From NCBI GenBank assembly GCA_963727485.1, contig CAVSGM010000001.1, forward strand, positions 1-64,000: 64,000 nt of DNA, given 5' to 3'. The stretch comes from an uncultured delta proteobacterium (GTDB taxonomy: Bacteria; Myxococcota; Myxococcia; SLRQ01). Below are positions 13,213 through 22,636 of this stretch, piece by piece (the stretch's first letter is position 1; every line of letters starts with the position of its first letter). Both the position numbers and the translations under genes were made by a program. Below the pieces are notes generated by a model. It was not told where the DNA came from. It saw nothing but the letters and a program-made list of their open reading frames with translations, and ran no database searches.

Positions 13213-13276
13213 GGGCGGATCCGGGCGTTTTTCGCCCGTTTCGTGCGCCTTCCGGCCGCCGCCGCCCCCGGGCTGG

Positions 13277-13312
13277 TGCCCAGGATCGGGGCAGATGCCC
13301 GCGCCTTGGGCA
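13277..13312. promoter_or_regulatory. Two tandem NtrC-like enhancer palindromes
   Basis: TGCCC-N7-GGGCA at 13277-13293 and 13296-13312, about 100 bp upstream of the predicted amtB transcription start. Confidence 0.6.
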
Positions 13313-13372
13313 GGGCCGCGCCGCGGCGGGAAGCGCCCCCCTGATCCGATGTGCGGTAGGCCGATCAAGAAA

Positions 13373-13400
13373 TTTACAGGCCCCCAGGCGCCGGTATCCT
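13373..13400 (+). promoter_or_regulatory. sigma70-type promoter of the methyltransferase (probably leaderless)
   Basis: TTTACA-N16-TATCCT, 8 nt before ATG 13409. Confidence 0.5.
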
Positions 13401-13408
13401 CGGTGCCG

Positions 13409-14296
13409 ATGACCCGCCGTGACGACGCCCGGACCCTCCAGGCCACCCGCCTCGCCCGCCTCGCCCGCCGCGACGAGCGGGCCCTCGACGCGGCCCTGTC
13501 CACCGGCCCCCTCGCCGACGCCGCCCGCCACGGCGGCGACAGCTGGCGCCTCCTCCAGGGCGACAGCCTCGAGCTCCTCGGGGCGCTGCCGCCGCGCACC
13601 GTCGATCTCGTCTTCGCCGACCCGCCCTACAACCTCTCCAACGGCGGCACCACCTGCCAGGCCGGGCGCCGGGTGAAGGTGGACAAGGGCGCCTGGGACG
13701 TGAGCCACGGCGTCGACGCCGACCAGGCCTTCCACCGCGCCTGGCTCGCCGAGGTCCAGCGGGTGCTCAAGCCGTCCGGGACCGTGTGGGTCAGCGGCAC
13801 CCAGCACGTGATCTTCCAGCTCGGCTTCGCCATGCAGTCGCTGGGCTTCCACCTCTTGAACACCGTCACCTGGTTCAAGCCCAACGCGGCGCCGAACCTC
13901 GCCTGCCGCTTCTTCACCCACTCCAGCGAGCTGCTCATCTGGGCGGCGCCGGCCCGGATGAAGCCGCTCCCCCACCACTTCGCCTACCAGGAGATGAAGG
14001 CGGAGAACGGGGGCAAGCAGATGCGCGACCTGTGGACCCTGCCCACCCCGGGCAAGCGCGAGAAGCTCCACGGCAAGCACCCGACCCAGAAGCCGCTGGC
14101 GCTCCTCGACCGGGTGATCCGGGCGTCGACCCACGAGCGGGCCCTGGTGGTGGACCCGTTCAACGGGTCGGGGACCACCGGGGTCGCCGCGGTGGCCCTC
14201 GGCCGGCGCTACCTGGGCATCGAGCGCGAGGCCGGGTACCTCGAGCTCTCGGCCCGCCGCCTCGAGGCGCTGGACGCCCACGCGGCGACGGGCTGA
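13409..14296 (+). CDS. N4/N6 DNA methyltransferase, beta class, DpnA-like
   Basis: FADPPYNLSNGG...VDKGAWD, KPNAAPNL, HPTQKP, DPFNGSGTT; motif order DPPY before FxGxG. Confidence 0.92.
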   Translation: MTRRDDARTLQATRLARLARRDERALDAALSTGPLADAARHGGDSWRLLQGDSLELLGALPPRTVDLVFADPPYNLSNGGTTCQAGRRVKVDKGAWDVSHGVDADQAFHRAWLAEVQRVLKPSGTVWVSGTQHVIFQLGFAMQSLGFHLLNTVTWFKPNAAPNLACRFFTHSSELLIWAAPARMKPLPHHFAYQEMKAENGGKQMRDLWTLPTPGKREKLHGKHPTQKPLALLDRVIRASTHERALVVDPFNGSGTTGVAAVALGRRYLGIEREAGYLELSARRLEALDAHAATG

Positions 14297-14388
14297 CGCG
14301 GCCTACCGGCTCCGGTCGCCGACCATCACCCGGCCGCAGGTCTCGTGGGCCTGGCCGAGGTAGGGGTTGTGGACGCCGTGGCCGGCCT
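14287..14388 (+). repeat. 102-bp direct repeat, left copy (att-like)
   Basis: Matches 19698-19799 except A14296 vs G19707; offset 5411 bp. Confidence 0.95.
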
Positions 14389-14571
14389 GGAGGCGCCGTT
14401 GGCGGCCGACGTCGTACGCCCCCGAAATTCCTGCGCGTTGCCGAGGCGTCAGCATCCGCGGTACGTAAGGAAATGCCTGTCTACCCGTAGGTGACACCCT
14501 GTCAGGTGGTGACCACCGGCCGCCGAACCCCCGGGTGGATGGGCAACGCATGGCAGACCACGGGAGGGTCG

Positions 14572-17455
14572 ATGAAGACGGCCGAGGTTCTGGACAGCTA
14601 CGCCGACGGGGATTCGGATCAGCTCGCGGCGGACAAGGTCGATGAGGTCAGCAACCTGCGGCTCCCTCGGCCCGTGCTGATCCATGAGATCGCCGAAGCC
14701 CTGGGGTCGCAGAGCTACGTCGCTGCCGCCCTCGCCCCGATTCGCCCTCCGGCCTACGCATGCATCAAGCTGCTCCTCGACGCTCCCGACCACCAGCTGC
14801 CGGCCGCTGGTTTCCGGGAGGCCGTGGTCGCGACCACCGACGGCATGACGGACCGTGTTGCTGCCGGGGAGGGCCTGGTGGGCGGCAAGGAGTACGGCCT
14901 CTACCGGACCATGCTTCGGGCGGCCTACGAGGATGATGGCCAGATTGACAGAAGCGAGGCCTTGCTCCTCGAAGCCCTTCGTCGAGAGCTGGGGATCTGG
15001 ACGCGAGAGCACCTGCTCCTGGAGCACCATCCGGAAGTTCGTCCACACTGGGACGACGGCCGGGCCTTCGAGCGGGCCCGGAACCAGCTGCTCACCAGCG
15101 GGCTGGTGCTGACCCTGGGCGACGACTACGTGATGCCCGACGAGGTTGCCACCCAGGTTCGTCAGGCCTGGGGCATCGCGCTCGAGGACGCTGCCTACGT
15201 GCGGCTCCTGGACCGCCTCACGGTCAACCAGCTTCGCGCCGTTCTCCAGGCAACGGGGCTGCCCTCGAGCGGGAGCAAGGAAGAGCGGATCGCCCGAATC
15301 GTCGCTGGCTTCGTGCCACCAGCCGAGGTCCTCGACGTCCTCCATATCAACGACGTCAAGAGCCTGTGTCGCGACCTCGGCCTTGCGGTGAGCGCCGCGA
15401 AGGCCGACCTCATCGACGGCGTGGTCGAGGCCTTCGAGATCGGTCGCGACCTCCAGGAGGCGTCCGGCGAGCCGGCCGATGCCCCGCTGGTAAAGGAGGA
15501 GAAGCAGCTCGAACCCGTCGCCTTCCGTCGTCTCTTCGACCAGCTGACCGTCGACCAGCTCTACGACCTCCTGACCACCGACCGGCTGAAGCGGGCCGGC
15601 TCAAAGGCCGAGCGAATCGAGCGGCTCCTGGGTGGCCCCCTCGGCGAGACCGCCCTTCTGGGCGAGCTGCGGCGCTCCGACCTGGTGAAGACCTGCCGGC
15701 GCCTGGGCGTCCCCGTCTCCGGCGTCAAGGCCGAGTTGGTCGAGCGGCTGATCGAGTGGGCTCGCGAGCCGCTGCGAACTGACGAGGGCGAAGTGGCCTT
15801 GTCGCCGCGGCCCGATTCCGCCGAAGACGGCAGACCTCGCCGAGCCTGCACCCCCCAGTCCCCCCACCGACGTTTCGCCACCGCCCAGCCCTCCGCCGGC
15901 CGGCATGCACGACATCCAGACCGACTTTCCGGATTTGCCGAGAGATGAGCAGATCGTGCTGTCCCTGCTCCGTGAGGCTCGGTCGTTGACCGAACGCGAC
16001 GTGAAGCGGGCGGCGGAGCGCCATCGCCTGGGCTGGTTCCTGATCAAGGCGCACATGGCCGACCTCGTGGCGCGACTGCGGCAGCAGGATCGGGGTCCGG
16101 TGCGGATCCGCAGCGCCGGCGCCACCAACATCTACGAGTGGGTGGACGACGCCCCGAGCAAGCCGGAGCGGGACCAGAAGAGCTCGGCGCGTGATCTCAT
16201 TGACGCCCTGCGCCACGGTGTCGTGCCGGATCGACACCTGGGGCAGCTCATCGTTGGGCAGCAAGCGGCTCGGACCTACCTCCAGAAGCAGCTGTCGGAG
16301 ACGCCGTCAGGGCGCTCGGAGTTCAAGTTCATCCGTGGGCCCTACGGAAGTGGCAAGACCTTTCTGTGCTCCTGGCTTCGGGAGCAAGCGTTCCAACTCG
16401 AGATGGCGGTGGCCACGGTGCGGATTGGCCCCGACCAGCCAATCTCCGATTTGCCGATCTTCTTCTCCGGGTTGGTCAGCGGCCTGCGGACTCCCGAGAA
16501 GCGAGACGCCTCGGCACTTCCGGACGTGCTCGAGTCGTGGCTCCTCGAGGTCCAGCGCAAGGCCGCGAAGCTGGAGGGTCTCGATCCCCTCGAATCCCGT
16601 GGAGAGAGGTCGCCTCACGAGCCTGGTCGAGGCCCGGATCTCCGAAGAGCTGGCTCGGCTCGGAGGCATGGACCCCGGGTTCGCGCCGGCCCTGGGGGCC
16701 TTTTACCGGGCGCGGGTCGATGGTGACCTCGAGACCGCCAGCGTCGCCCTCGGCTGGCTTCGCGGTAGCCGCTCCCTTCCGTCGGCGGCGTTGAAGGCAA
16801 TCGGGGTGAGGGGATACCTCGAGAGCGATCAGGTGCTGCCGCGCCTCAAGGCCCTTCTCGAGGTCATCCGTCGCGGGCGCCTGAACGGCCTGTTGATCCT
16901 AGTGGACGAGCTCGAGCTGATCCGGCGCATGCCCCATGCCCGACAGCGGGAGGAGGCCTACGAGACCCTGCGCCTTCTCATCGACGAGACCGGAGAGAAC
17001 AACCTGCCGGGGTGCCTGCTGGTGTTCACCGGGACCGACGCCCTCTTCGACGACGATCGCTATGGGATGGGGAGCTACGAGGCCCTCCTCAACCGGGTGT
17101 CTCCGCCGGCGCTTCCGGGCGGACTGGTGAGCATGCGCCAGCCGGTCATTCGCCTGGAGCCCCTCGATCGTGACAAGCTCCTCGACGTCGCCCGGAGCGT
17201 CACGCGACTCCACGGCGACGCCTACGGCTGGCCTTCTGGCGAGCGGGTGGGCGACCCTGCCCTGGAGCGGTTGGTGGACTGTGGACCTCCTTCGGAGAGG
17301 GTCAGATCAGCCGGCTGCCAAGGCCGATCCTCCGGGAGCTCGTTCACGTGCTCGATCTCTGCGAGGAGAACCCCGGGATCACCGCCGAGAGCTGCATGCG
17401 CGCACCCTCCGCCGATCTGGACCTGGCGGCGGCCGCAGACATCCTGGACGGGTAG
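14572..17455 (+). CDS. TerB-like + four SAP-like motifs + BrxD-like (DUF2791) P-loop ATPase, probable single fusion with about 3 frameshifts
   Basis: GGGAGG RBS before ATG 14572. DDGQIDRSEALLLEALRRELGI; four SAP-like motifs; IDALRHGVVP, Walker A GPYGSGKT, WLRG, Walker B LLILVDELE, LVFTGT, SYEAL. Ends TAG 17453-17455. Joined from ORFs 14491-15948, 15905-16726 and 16191-17783. Confidence 0.78.
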
Positions 17456-19663
17456 ATGGCGCCCGCCAACGATCTCTCGGACGCCTCCATCCTGGCATTC
17501 AGACCTGGGTGAAGGAGCAGAGCTGGCCGGACCTCACCGCTGTTCAGAAAGCAGCGATGCCCGTGATCCTCGCCGGGCGGCACTGCCTGGTCGAGGCGCC
17601 GACGGCCGGTGGCAAGACCGAGGCAGTGCTCTTCCCGGCGCTGACCCGGGTCGCCGAAGCGCAGGGTGCCGGGGTTCGGATCCTCTACCTGGCGCCGCTT
17701 CGGGCATTGCTCAACGACCTCGAGATCCGGGCTCGGGTCTACGCTTCCGCCTGCGGCTTGCACGCGTTCAAGTGGCACGGTGACGTGAGCCAGCGCTCCA
17801 AGCTGGACAGCTTCCATATGCCGCCGGAGGTGTTGCTGACCACCCCGGAGTCAGTGGAGGCGATCCTCCTGAGGAAGGCGGGGTGGGAGCGCTTCTTCCA
17901 GGGCCTTCAGATCATCGTGATCGACGAGGCCCACAACTTCGCCTTCGGCGAGCGCGGCCATCACCTGTTGGCGCTTCTCGAGCGCCTGGAGAGCCGGATC
18001 GGTCATCGCAGCGAGCGAATCGCGATCACGGCCACGATCGGGAACCCCGTGGCGATGGCACGCTGGCTGGTGCCCAAGGGCACCGAGCCGGCGGAGCGGA
18101 TCTCCGTGTCGGGAGCGACCCCACGACGAGACTTCAGCCTCCGGCTCTTTGACGAGGCGGGCGATAGCCCCGATGGCGACACCGGGCCCAGTGCCACGGT
18201 TCGTCGGTTTGCCTTCTTGGCGAAGGAGCTCCGAGGACGGAGATCGATCGTCTTCGTGAGGTCGAGAGCCGGCGCCGAGGACCTGGCGAAGGTGTTCCTG
18301 AGGGCAGGCAGGGGGCCAAGCGCCCTGCGGGTCCGGACCCATCACTCGGCGGTGAGTCGCTACTTCCGCGAAGAGGCGGAGGCGCTGATCAAGACCAAGT
18401 CGGAGACGGGGCTGGATGCCATCCGTAAGCACCTCGACCCTCGAGCTGGGCATCGACATCGGGGCCCTGGATTGGTCGTCCAGCTCGATGCCCTGTCGAG
18501 TCCAGCGGCCTTTCTGCAGCGGATCGGCCGGACTGGCCGGCGCCCCGGCATGCCTCAACGCTTCCGGGGGCTATGTCTCGACGTGGAGGCCTTGCTCCAG
18601 CTGGCCGCAACGGTCAGCCTCGGCCTCGAGGGGAGGTCGGAGGCGCTCCGATTCCGGTCCAGGGCGTTCCACATCCTGGCGCACCAGACCATCTGCCTCG
18701 CCTGCAGGAGAACGGTGTCACCCTGGACGGGGCTTGGCGAGTCCTCAAGGGGCGGGCTCCTTCTCTGGGATTCCGCCAGGCCGAATACGAAGTCCTGATC
18801 CATCACATGCTGCAGGAGGACTACCTGCGATGGGACGGCCCCATTCTCCTCGTGGGTGAGCAGACCGAGAAGCGGTTCCTGGGGGCTGGCTGGCGCCGGC
18901 TCTTTGCCGTCTTCGACTCGGCACCGCTCTATGAGGTCTTCCATGGGGAGGCCCAGGTCGGCACCCTCGATGCCGGCTTCGTGGAGGGCTTGGAGGTTCC
19001 GTTCAACTTCATCCTCGCCGGCCGGCCCTGGACGGCCACGTCGGTCGATCCGAAGTCGAGAGCGGTGAGGGCGAAGCCCACTCGCAACGCAGAGCCGCCG
19101 CGCTGGGACAGTTACGGCGGGCTGGATGTGCCGCCAGAGACGGCCCGCCGGGTGGGAGAGATTCTGGGTGGCGCGGTTGCGGTGCCCGACCTGGGGTCCG
19201 ACGCGGAGGCCGCGGTGCGACAGGCGATCGACGACGCCCTGCCGTGGCGCCCCGGCCAGATCGTGGTGGCGCGGCGCGGTGCTTCGGTGCTGCTTCGCAC
19301 CTTCGCTGGCGACAAGATCAATCGAACCCTCGCCAAACTCCTGGAGGCCGAGGGGCTTATCCGGGTGAGGGCGAACTACAGGGAGCTTCGCGTCGACCAT
19401 GCCGGCAACGACCTCGACCAGGTCGTGCCCATGCTCGAAGACGTGCGACGGCGTCTGCGAGAGGCACCAGCGCCCGCGACACGGGTTTCTCAGGCGCTCG
19501 CGCTCACGGTGCGACGCTTCCCTTCTCGCTGTTCGCACAGTGTCTACCGGACGACCTTTTCGTTGCCGCCCTCGCGGACGAACGGCTGGACGCAGAGGGC
19601 GCGGCGGCGCTGCTCGAGGCCGCGACGGTGGAGATTCTGGTCGACGACGCGGCGGCTCCCTGA
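17456..19663 (+). CDS. Lhr-like/BrxHI-like DEAH-box SF2 helicase (about 5 frameshifts)
   Basis: ATG directly after the ATPase stop. LTAVQ, APTAGGKTEA, APLRALLND, TTPES, IDEAH, TAT, HHSAVS, STSTLELGIDIG, QRIGRTGRR, and C-terminal FILAGRPW. Confidence 0.85.
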
Positions 19664-19697
19664 CCTCCGGGACCGCGGGCGGCGGGGGGGGGCGAGG

Positions 19698-19799
19698 GAC
19701 GGGCTGGCGCGGCCTACCGGCTCCGGTCGCCGACCATCACCCGGCCGCAGGTCTCGTGGGCCTGGCCGAGGTAGGGGTTGTGGACGCCGTGGCCGGCCT
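19698..19799 (+). repeat. 102-bp direct repeat, right copy (contains the 3' end of the DUF3347-like gene)
   Basis: Matches 14287-14388 with one mismatch. Confidence 0.95.
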
Positions 19800-20220
19800 C
19801 GACCCAGGTCGCCTTGACCATGGGGCAGTAGAGGACCCGGGCCCCCTTGGGGTGCGCGGTGATCACCCAGACCACCAGGTGCTTGCCCAGGGCCAGGAAC
19901 GCGGCGCGGGCGGCCTTCAGGTCCTTGGCGGCGGCGAGGGCCCGGGCGTCCTCGGCGATGTGCCCGGGGAGGCTGCCGTAGCGGGCGGCGTGGCCGGCGG
20001 CGGTGCGCACCGGCTCCAGCTTGGCGCTGGCGGCGACGATGGCCAGGGCCGCGGGCGCGACGCCGTCGAGACGGTCGTGGGCCAGGGCGTGCTCCACCAC
20101 CAGGTACTGGGCCAGGATCGGCGCCATCTGCCGGTCGAAGACCGGGCGGGTCGGCGCCGCCAGGGCGGTGGTGGCGAGGACGGCGGCGAGGGCTGGGATC
20201 ACCAGGCGTACGGGCTTCAT
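19714..20220 (-). CDS. Exported DUF3347-like (putative metal-binding) protein
   Basis: Signal peptide; YLVVEHALAHD, ARAAFLALG, YCPMVKATW...NPYLG...TCG. Confidence 0.75.
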   Translation of the reverse strand: MKPVRLVIPALAAVLATTALAAPTRPVFDRQMAPILAQYLVVEHALAHDRLDGVAPAALAIVAASAKLEPVRTAAGHAARYGSLPGHIAEDARALAAAKDLKAARAAFLALGKHLVVWVITAHPKGARVLYCPMVKATWVEAGHGVHNPYLGQAHETCGRVMVGDRSR

Positions 20221-20263
20221 CACGGTCACTCCCTTCGGATGTTCGAGCCAACCGACCAGAGGG

Positions 20264-20279
20264 AGCATCAATCGTGCCT
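20264..20279 (-). promoter_or_regulatory. sigma54 -24/-12 promoter of the DUF3347-like gene
   Basis: - strand reads AGGCACGATTGATGCT with correct GG/GC spacing, upstream of a GAAGGGAG RBS. Confidence 0.6.
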
Positions 20280-20459
20280 AAGGGGGTGCCTTCAGGACCC
20301 CGGGGCCTCCGCGCGTCGCCGAGCCACCGCCCGGGAGGCGCGTAACGAACCGGGATGCCTATTGTTTCTTGGAGCGCCGGCCTCGCCGAGCGGTCCGTCT
20401 CCGCGAACCGGTGCCGTCGTCCGGTTTGGTCGCGCCCGCGCAGGTGTCGCGTGACGCGC

Positions 20460-20534
20460 GTGACCTGCGCGTCCCCCGCGCGTGACCTGCGCCCCCCGCG
20501 TGTGACCTGCGCCCCCCGCGCGCGTGACCTGCGC
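20460..20534 (+). repeat. Intergenic tandem repeat, 4 x GTGACCTGCGC
   Basis: Copies start at 20460, 20482, 20502 and 20524. Confidence 0.85.
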
Positions 20535-20558
20535 CAGGTGCGCGCAGGCTGCGCCGCC

Positions 20559-22631
20559 TCACTTCACCTCGAGGACGTGGACGCCGTCCCAGTCCTCGGG
20601 CGGGGGCGCGGCGGCGAAGGCGCGGCTGCGCGCGGCGAGGACCCGGGCGGGCCCGTCCCCGGGCACCGTCTCCAGGCAGGCGTCGAAGGCGGCGGCGGCG
20701 GCGGCGAAGCGCCGGGCGAGGTAGGCCTCGCGCCCCTCGGCCCAGCGCGCGAGCAGGGTCTGCCAGGCGGGCCCCAGGCTCCCGGCCCGGCCCAGGACCT
20801 CGTAGACCCGCACCCCCTGCAGCTTGCCCTTGACCCGGAGCAGGTCCAGCTCCCGGAAGGCGAAGCGCTCGGCGCACCCGGCGAGGCTGTCCTCGGTGAC
20901 CATCAGCCGGCTGCCGTAGACCTTGTTGGCCCCCTCGAGGCGCGAGGCGAGGTTCACCGCGTCGCCGATGACCGTGTAGTCCTGGGCCTGGCTGGAGCCG
21001 ATGTTCCCCACCACCACCTCGCCGGTGTTCACCCCGATGCGGCAGTCCACCGGCGGCTTCCCCGCGGCGACCCACTCGGCCCGGAGCCGGTCCACCGCCG
21101 CCAGGTGGTCGAGGGCGGCCAGGATCGCCCGGGCCCGGTGGTCGGCCTGGGGCAGGGGCGCCCCGAAGAAGCACATCACCGCGTCGCCGGCGAACTTGTC
21201 GAGGGTCCCCCCGGCGGCGACGATGGGCGCGGTCACCGCGTCGAAGTAGGTGTTGAGCAGGGAGACCACCTCGGCGGCGCTGCGCCCCTCGGAGAGCGAG
21301 GTGAAGCCCACCAGGTCGCTGAAGAGGATGGTGAGCTCGCGGGTCTCGCCCCCGAGGCCGAGCTTGTCCGGGTGGGCGAGGAGCTCCTCGACCACCGCCG
21401 GGGCCATGTAGCGCTCGAAGGTGGCCTTGATGGTGTCCCGCTGGCGCAGGCCCTCGGTCATCTCGTTGAAGGCGGCGCCGAGGCGGGCGAACTCGTCGCC
21501 GCCGGTGACCGCCACGTGGGTCTCGAGGTCCCCGGCGGCGACCCGCCTGGCCCCGGCCTCCAGCGCCACCAGGGGCGCCGAGAGGCGCCGGGCCAGCAGC
21601 GCCGCGGCGATGAGGCTGGCGAGGAAGGCGAAGAGCGCGATGGCGGCCATGGCCAGGCGCAGGCGCCGGCGGAAGCCCCCGAGCTCCCGGTCCAGGCTCT
21701 TGAGGAGCACCGCCCGCCCGATGACCACCCCGGCCTCCTTGAGGGGGGCGACCTCGGCGAGCCAGGGGGCGCCGCCGAAGGGCACCTCCTGCGGCGCGTT
21801 GCGGGCGTGGGCGGCGAGGCGGCCGGCGACCCGGCGGACCTCGGGGAGGCGCAAGGCGAGGTCCGGGGAGAGATCGAAGGCGTCGCCCTCGTGGTCGGCC
21901 ACCGCCACCAGGGCCCCGCTGGCCAGCTCGAGCTGGGGGCGGATCCGGGCGAGCGGCTCGCCGACGATCATGGCGCCGAGGACCTGCCCCTGGGAGGTCA
22001 CCGGCTCGGCGAGGACCAGGAAGAGCCCGGTGGCGCCCTGGGTCGGGACCACGTGGTCGGCGCGGAGCCGGGTCCCCGCCGCCGGCCACAGGGCCACCGC
22101 CTTGGCGCCGGCGAGGGCCTGGCGCACCACCGGGAGCCCCGAGAGGTCGGCGCCGTAGGCCCTCCGGTCGGCCCGGGAGAAGAGGAGCACCCCCTGGTGA
22201 TCGAGGACCGCGAGCACCGGGTAGTCGTGGAAGAGCGGGAGGTCGACGCTGGCGAAGACGTCGTGGGTGTCCCGCACCGCGTGGCCGTCGTCGCCGCCGC
22301 CGAGGCCCAGGGCGTCGTCGGAGACCCGGGTGAGCGAGAGCTGGCTTCTGAAGACCTGGTCGGAGACCGTGGCCTCCACCACCTGGTCGAAGGCCCGGAC
22401 CCGGGCGGCGAGGATGTCGTGGAAGGCCGACAGCGCCCCGTGGAAGTCCCGGGTCACCCGGTCCCGGGCGGCGGTCTCGGCGGCCCGGTTGGCGGCGACC
22501 AGCGCCACCACCAGCACCAGCGCCGCCACCAGGACGAAGAGGAGGCGCAGCCGTGCCCCGAAGCTCATCCCCCGCCGGGGGGCGCCCCGCCGGCGGCCCG
22601 CATCCGCGGGGGCATCGGTGGCGGCGCGCAT
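20559..22631 (-). CDS. Membrane class III adenylate/guanylate cyclase (sensor domain, HAMP, cyclase, TPR-like tail)
   Basis: Two TMs, DEFARLGAAFNEM HAMP, LFSDLVGFT, DKFAGDAVM, RIGVNTG, DYTVIGDAVNLASRLEG, VKGK. Alternative start 22568. Confidence 0.93.
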   Translation of the reverse strand: MRAATDAPADAGRRRGAPRRGMSFGARLRLLFVLVAALVLVVALVAANRAAETAARDRVTRDFHGALSAFHDILAARVRAFDQVVEATVSDQVFRSQLSLTRVSDDALGLGGGDDGHAVRDTHDVFASVDLPLFHDYPVLAVLDHQGVLLFSRADRRAYGADLSGLPVVRQALAGAKAVALWPAAGTRLRADHVVPTQGATGLFLVLAEPVTSQGQVLGAMIVGEPLARIRPQLELASGALVAVADHEGDAFDLSPDLALRLPEVRRVAGRLAAHARNAPQEVPFGGAPWLAEVAPLKEAGVVIGRAVLLKSLDRELGGFRRRLRLAMAAIALFAFLASLIAAALLARRLSAPLVALEAGARRVAAGDLETHVAVTGGDEFARLGAAFNEMTEGLRQRDTIKATFERYMAPAVVEELLAHPDKLGLGGETRELTILFSDLVGFTSLSEGRSAAEVVSLLNTYFDAVTAPIVAAGGTLDKFAGDAVMCFFGAPLPQADHRARAILAALDHLAAVDRLRAEWVAAGKPPVDCRIGVNTGEVVVGNIGSSQAQDYTVIGDAVNLASRLEGANKVYGSRLMVTEDSLAGCAERFAFRELDLLRVKGKLQGVRVYEVLGRAGSLGPAWQTLLARWAEGREAYLARRFAAAAAAFDACLETVPGDGPARVLAARSRAFAAAPPPEDWDGVHVLEVK

Positions 22632-22636
22632 GGGCT

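Larger units (their letters stand above)
14389..19697 (+). mobile_element. Integrase-free genomic island carrying a putative defence module
   Basis: Bounded by the 102-bp direct repeat; visibly more A/T-ending codons than flanking genes; only two co-oriented genes. Confidence 0.75.

Noticed and set aside
14303..14551. 82 aa - strand ORF ending like the DUF3347 protein
   Set aside because: Only the duplicated 3' fragment from the direct repeat, joined to unrelated sequence.
13409..19663. Complete BREX or DISARM system
   Set aside because: No PglZ, BrxC, PglX-size methyltransferase or DrmB; the small methyltransferase lies outside the island repeats.
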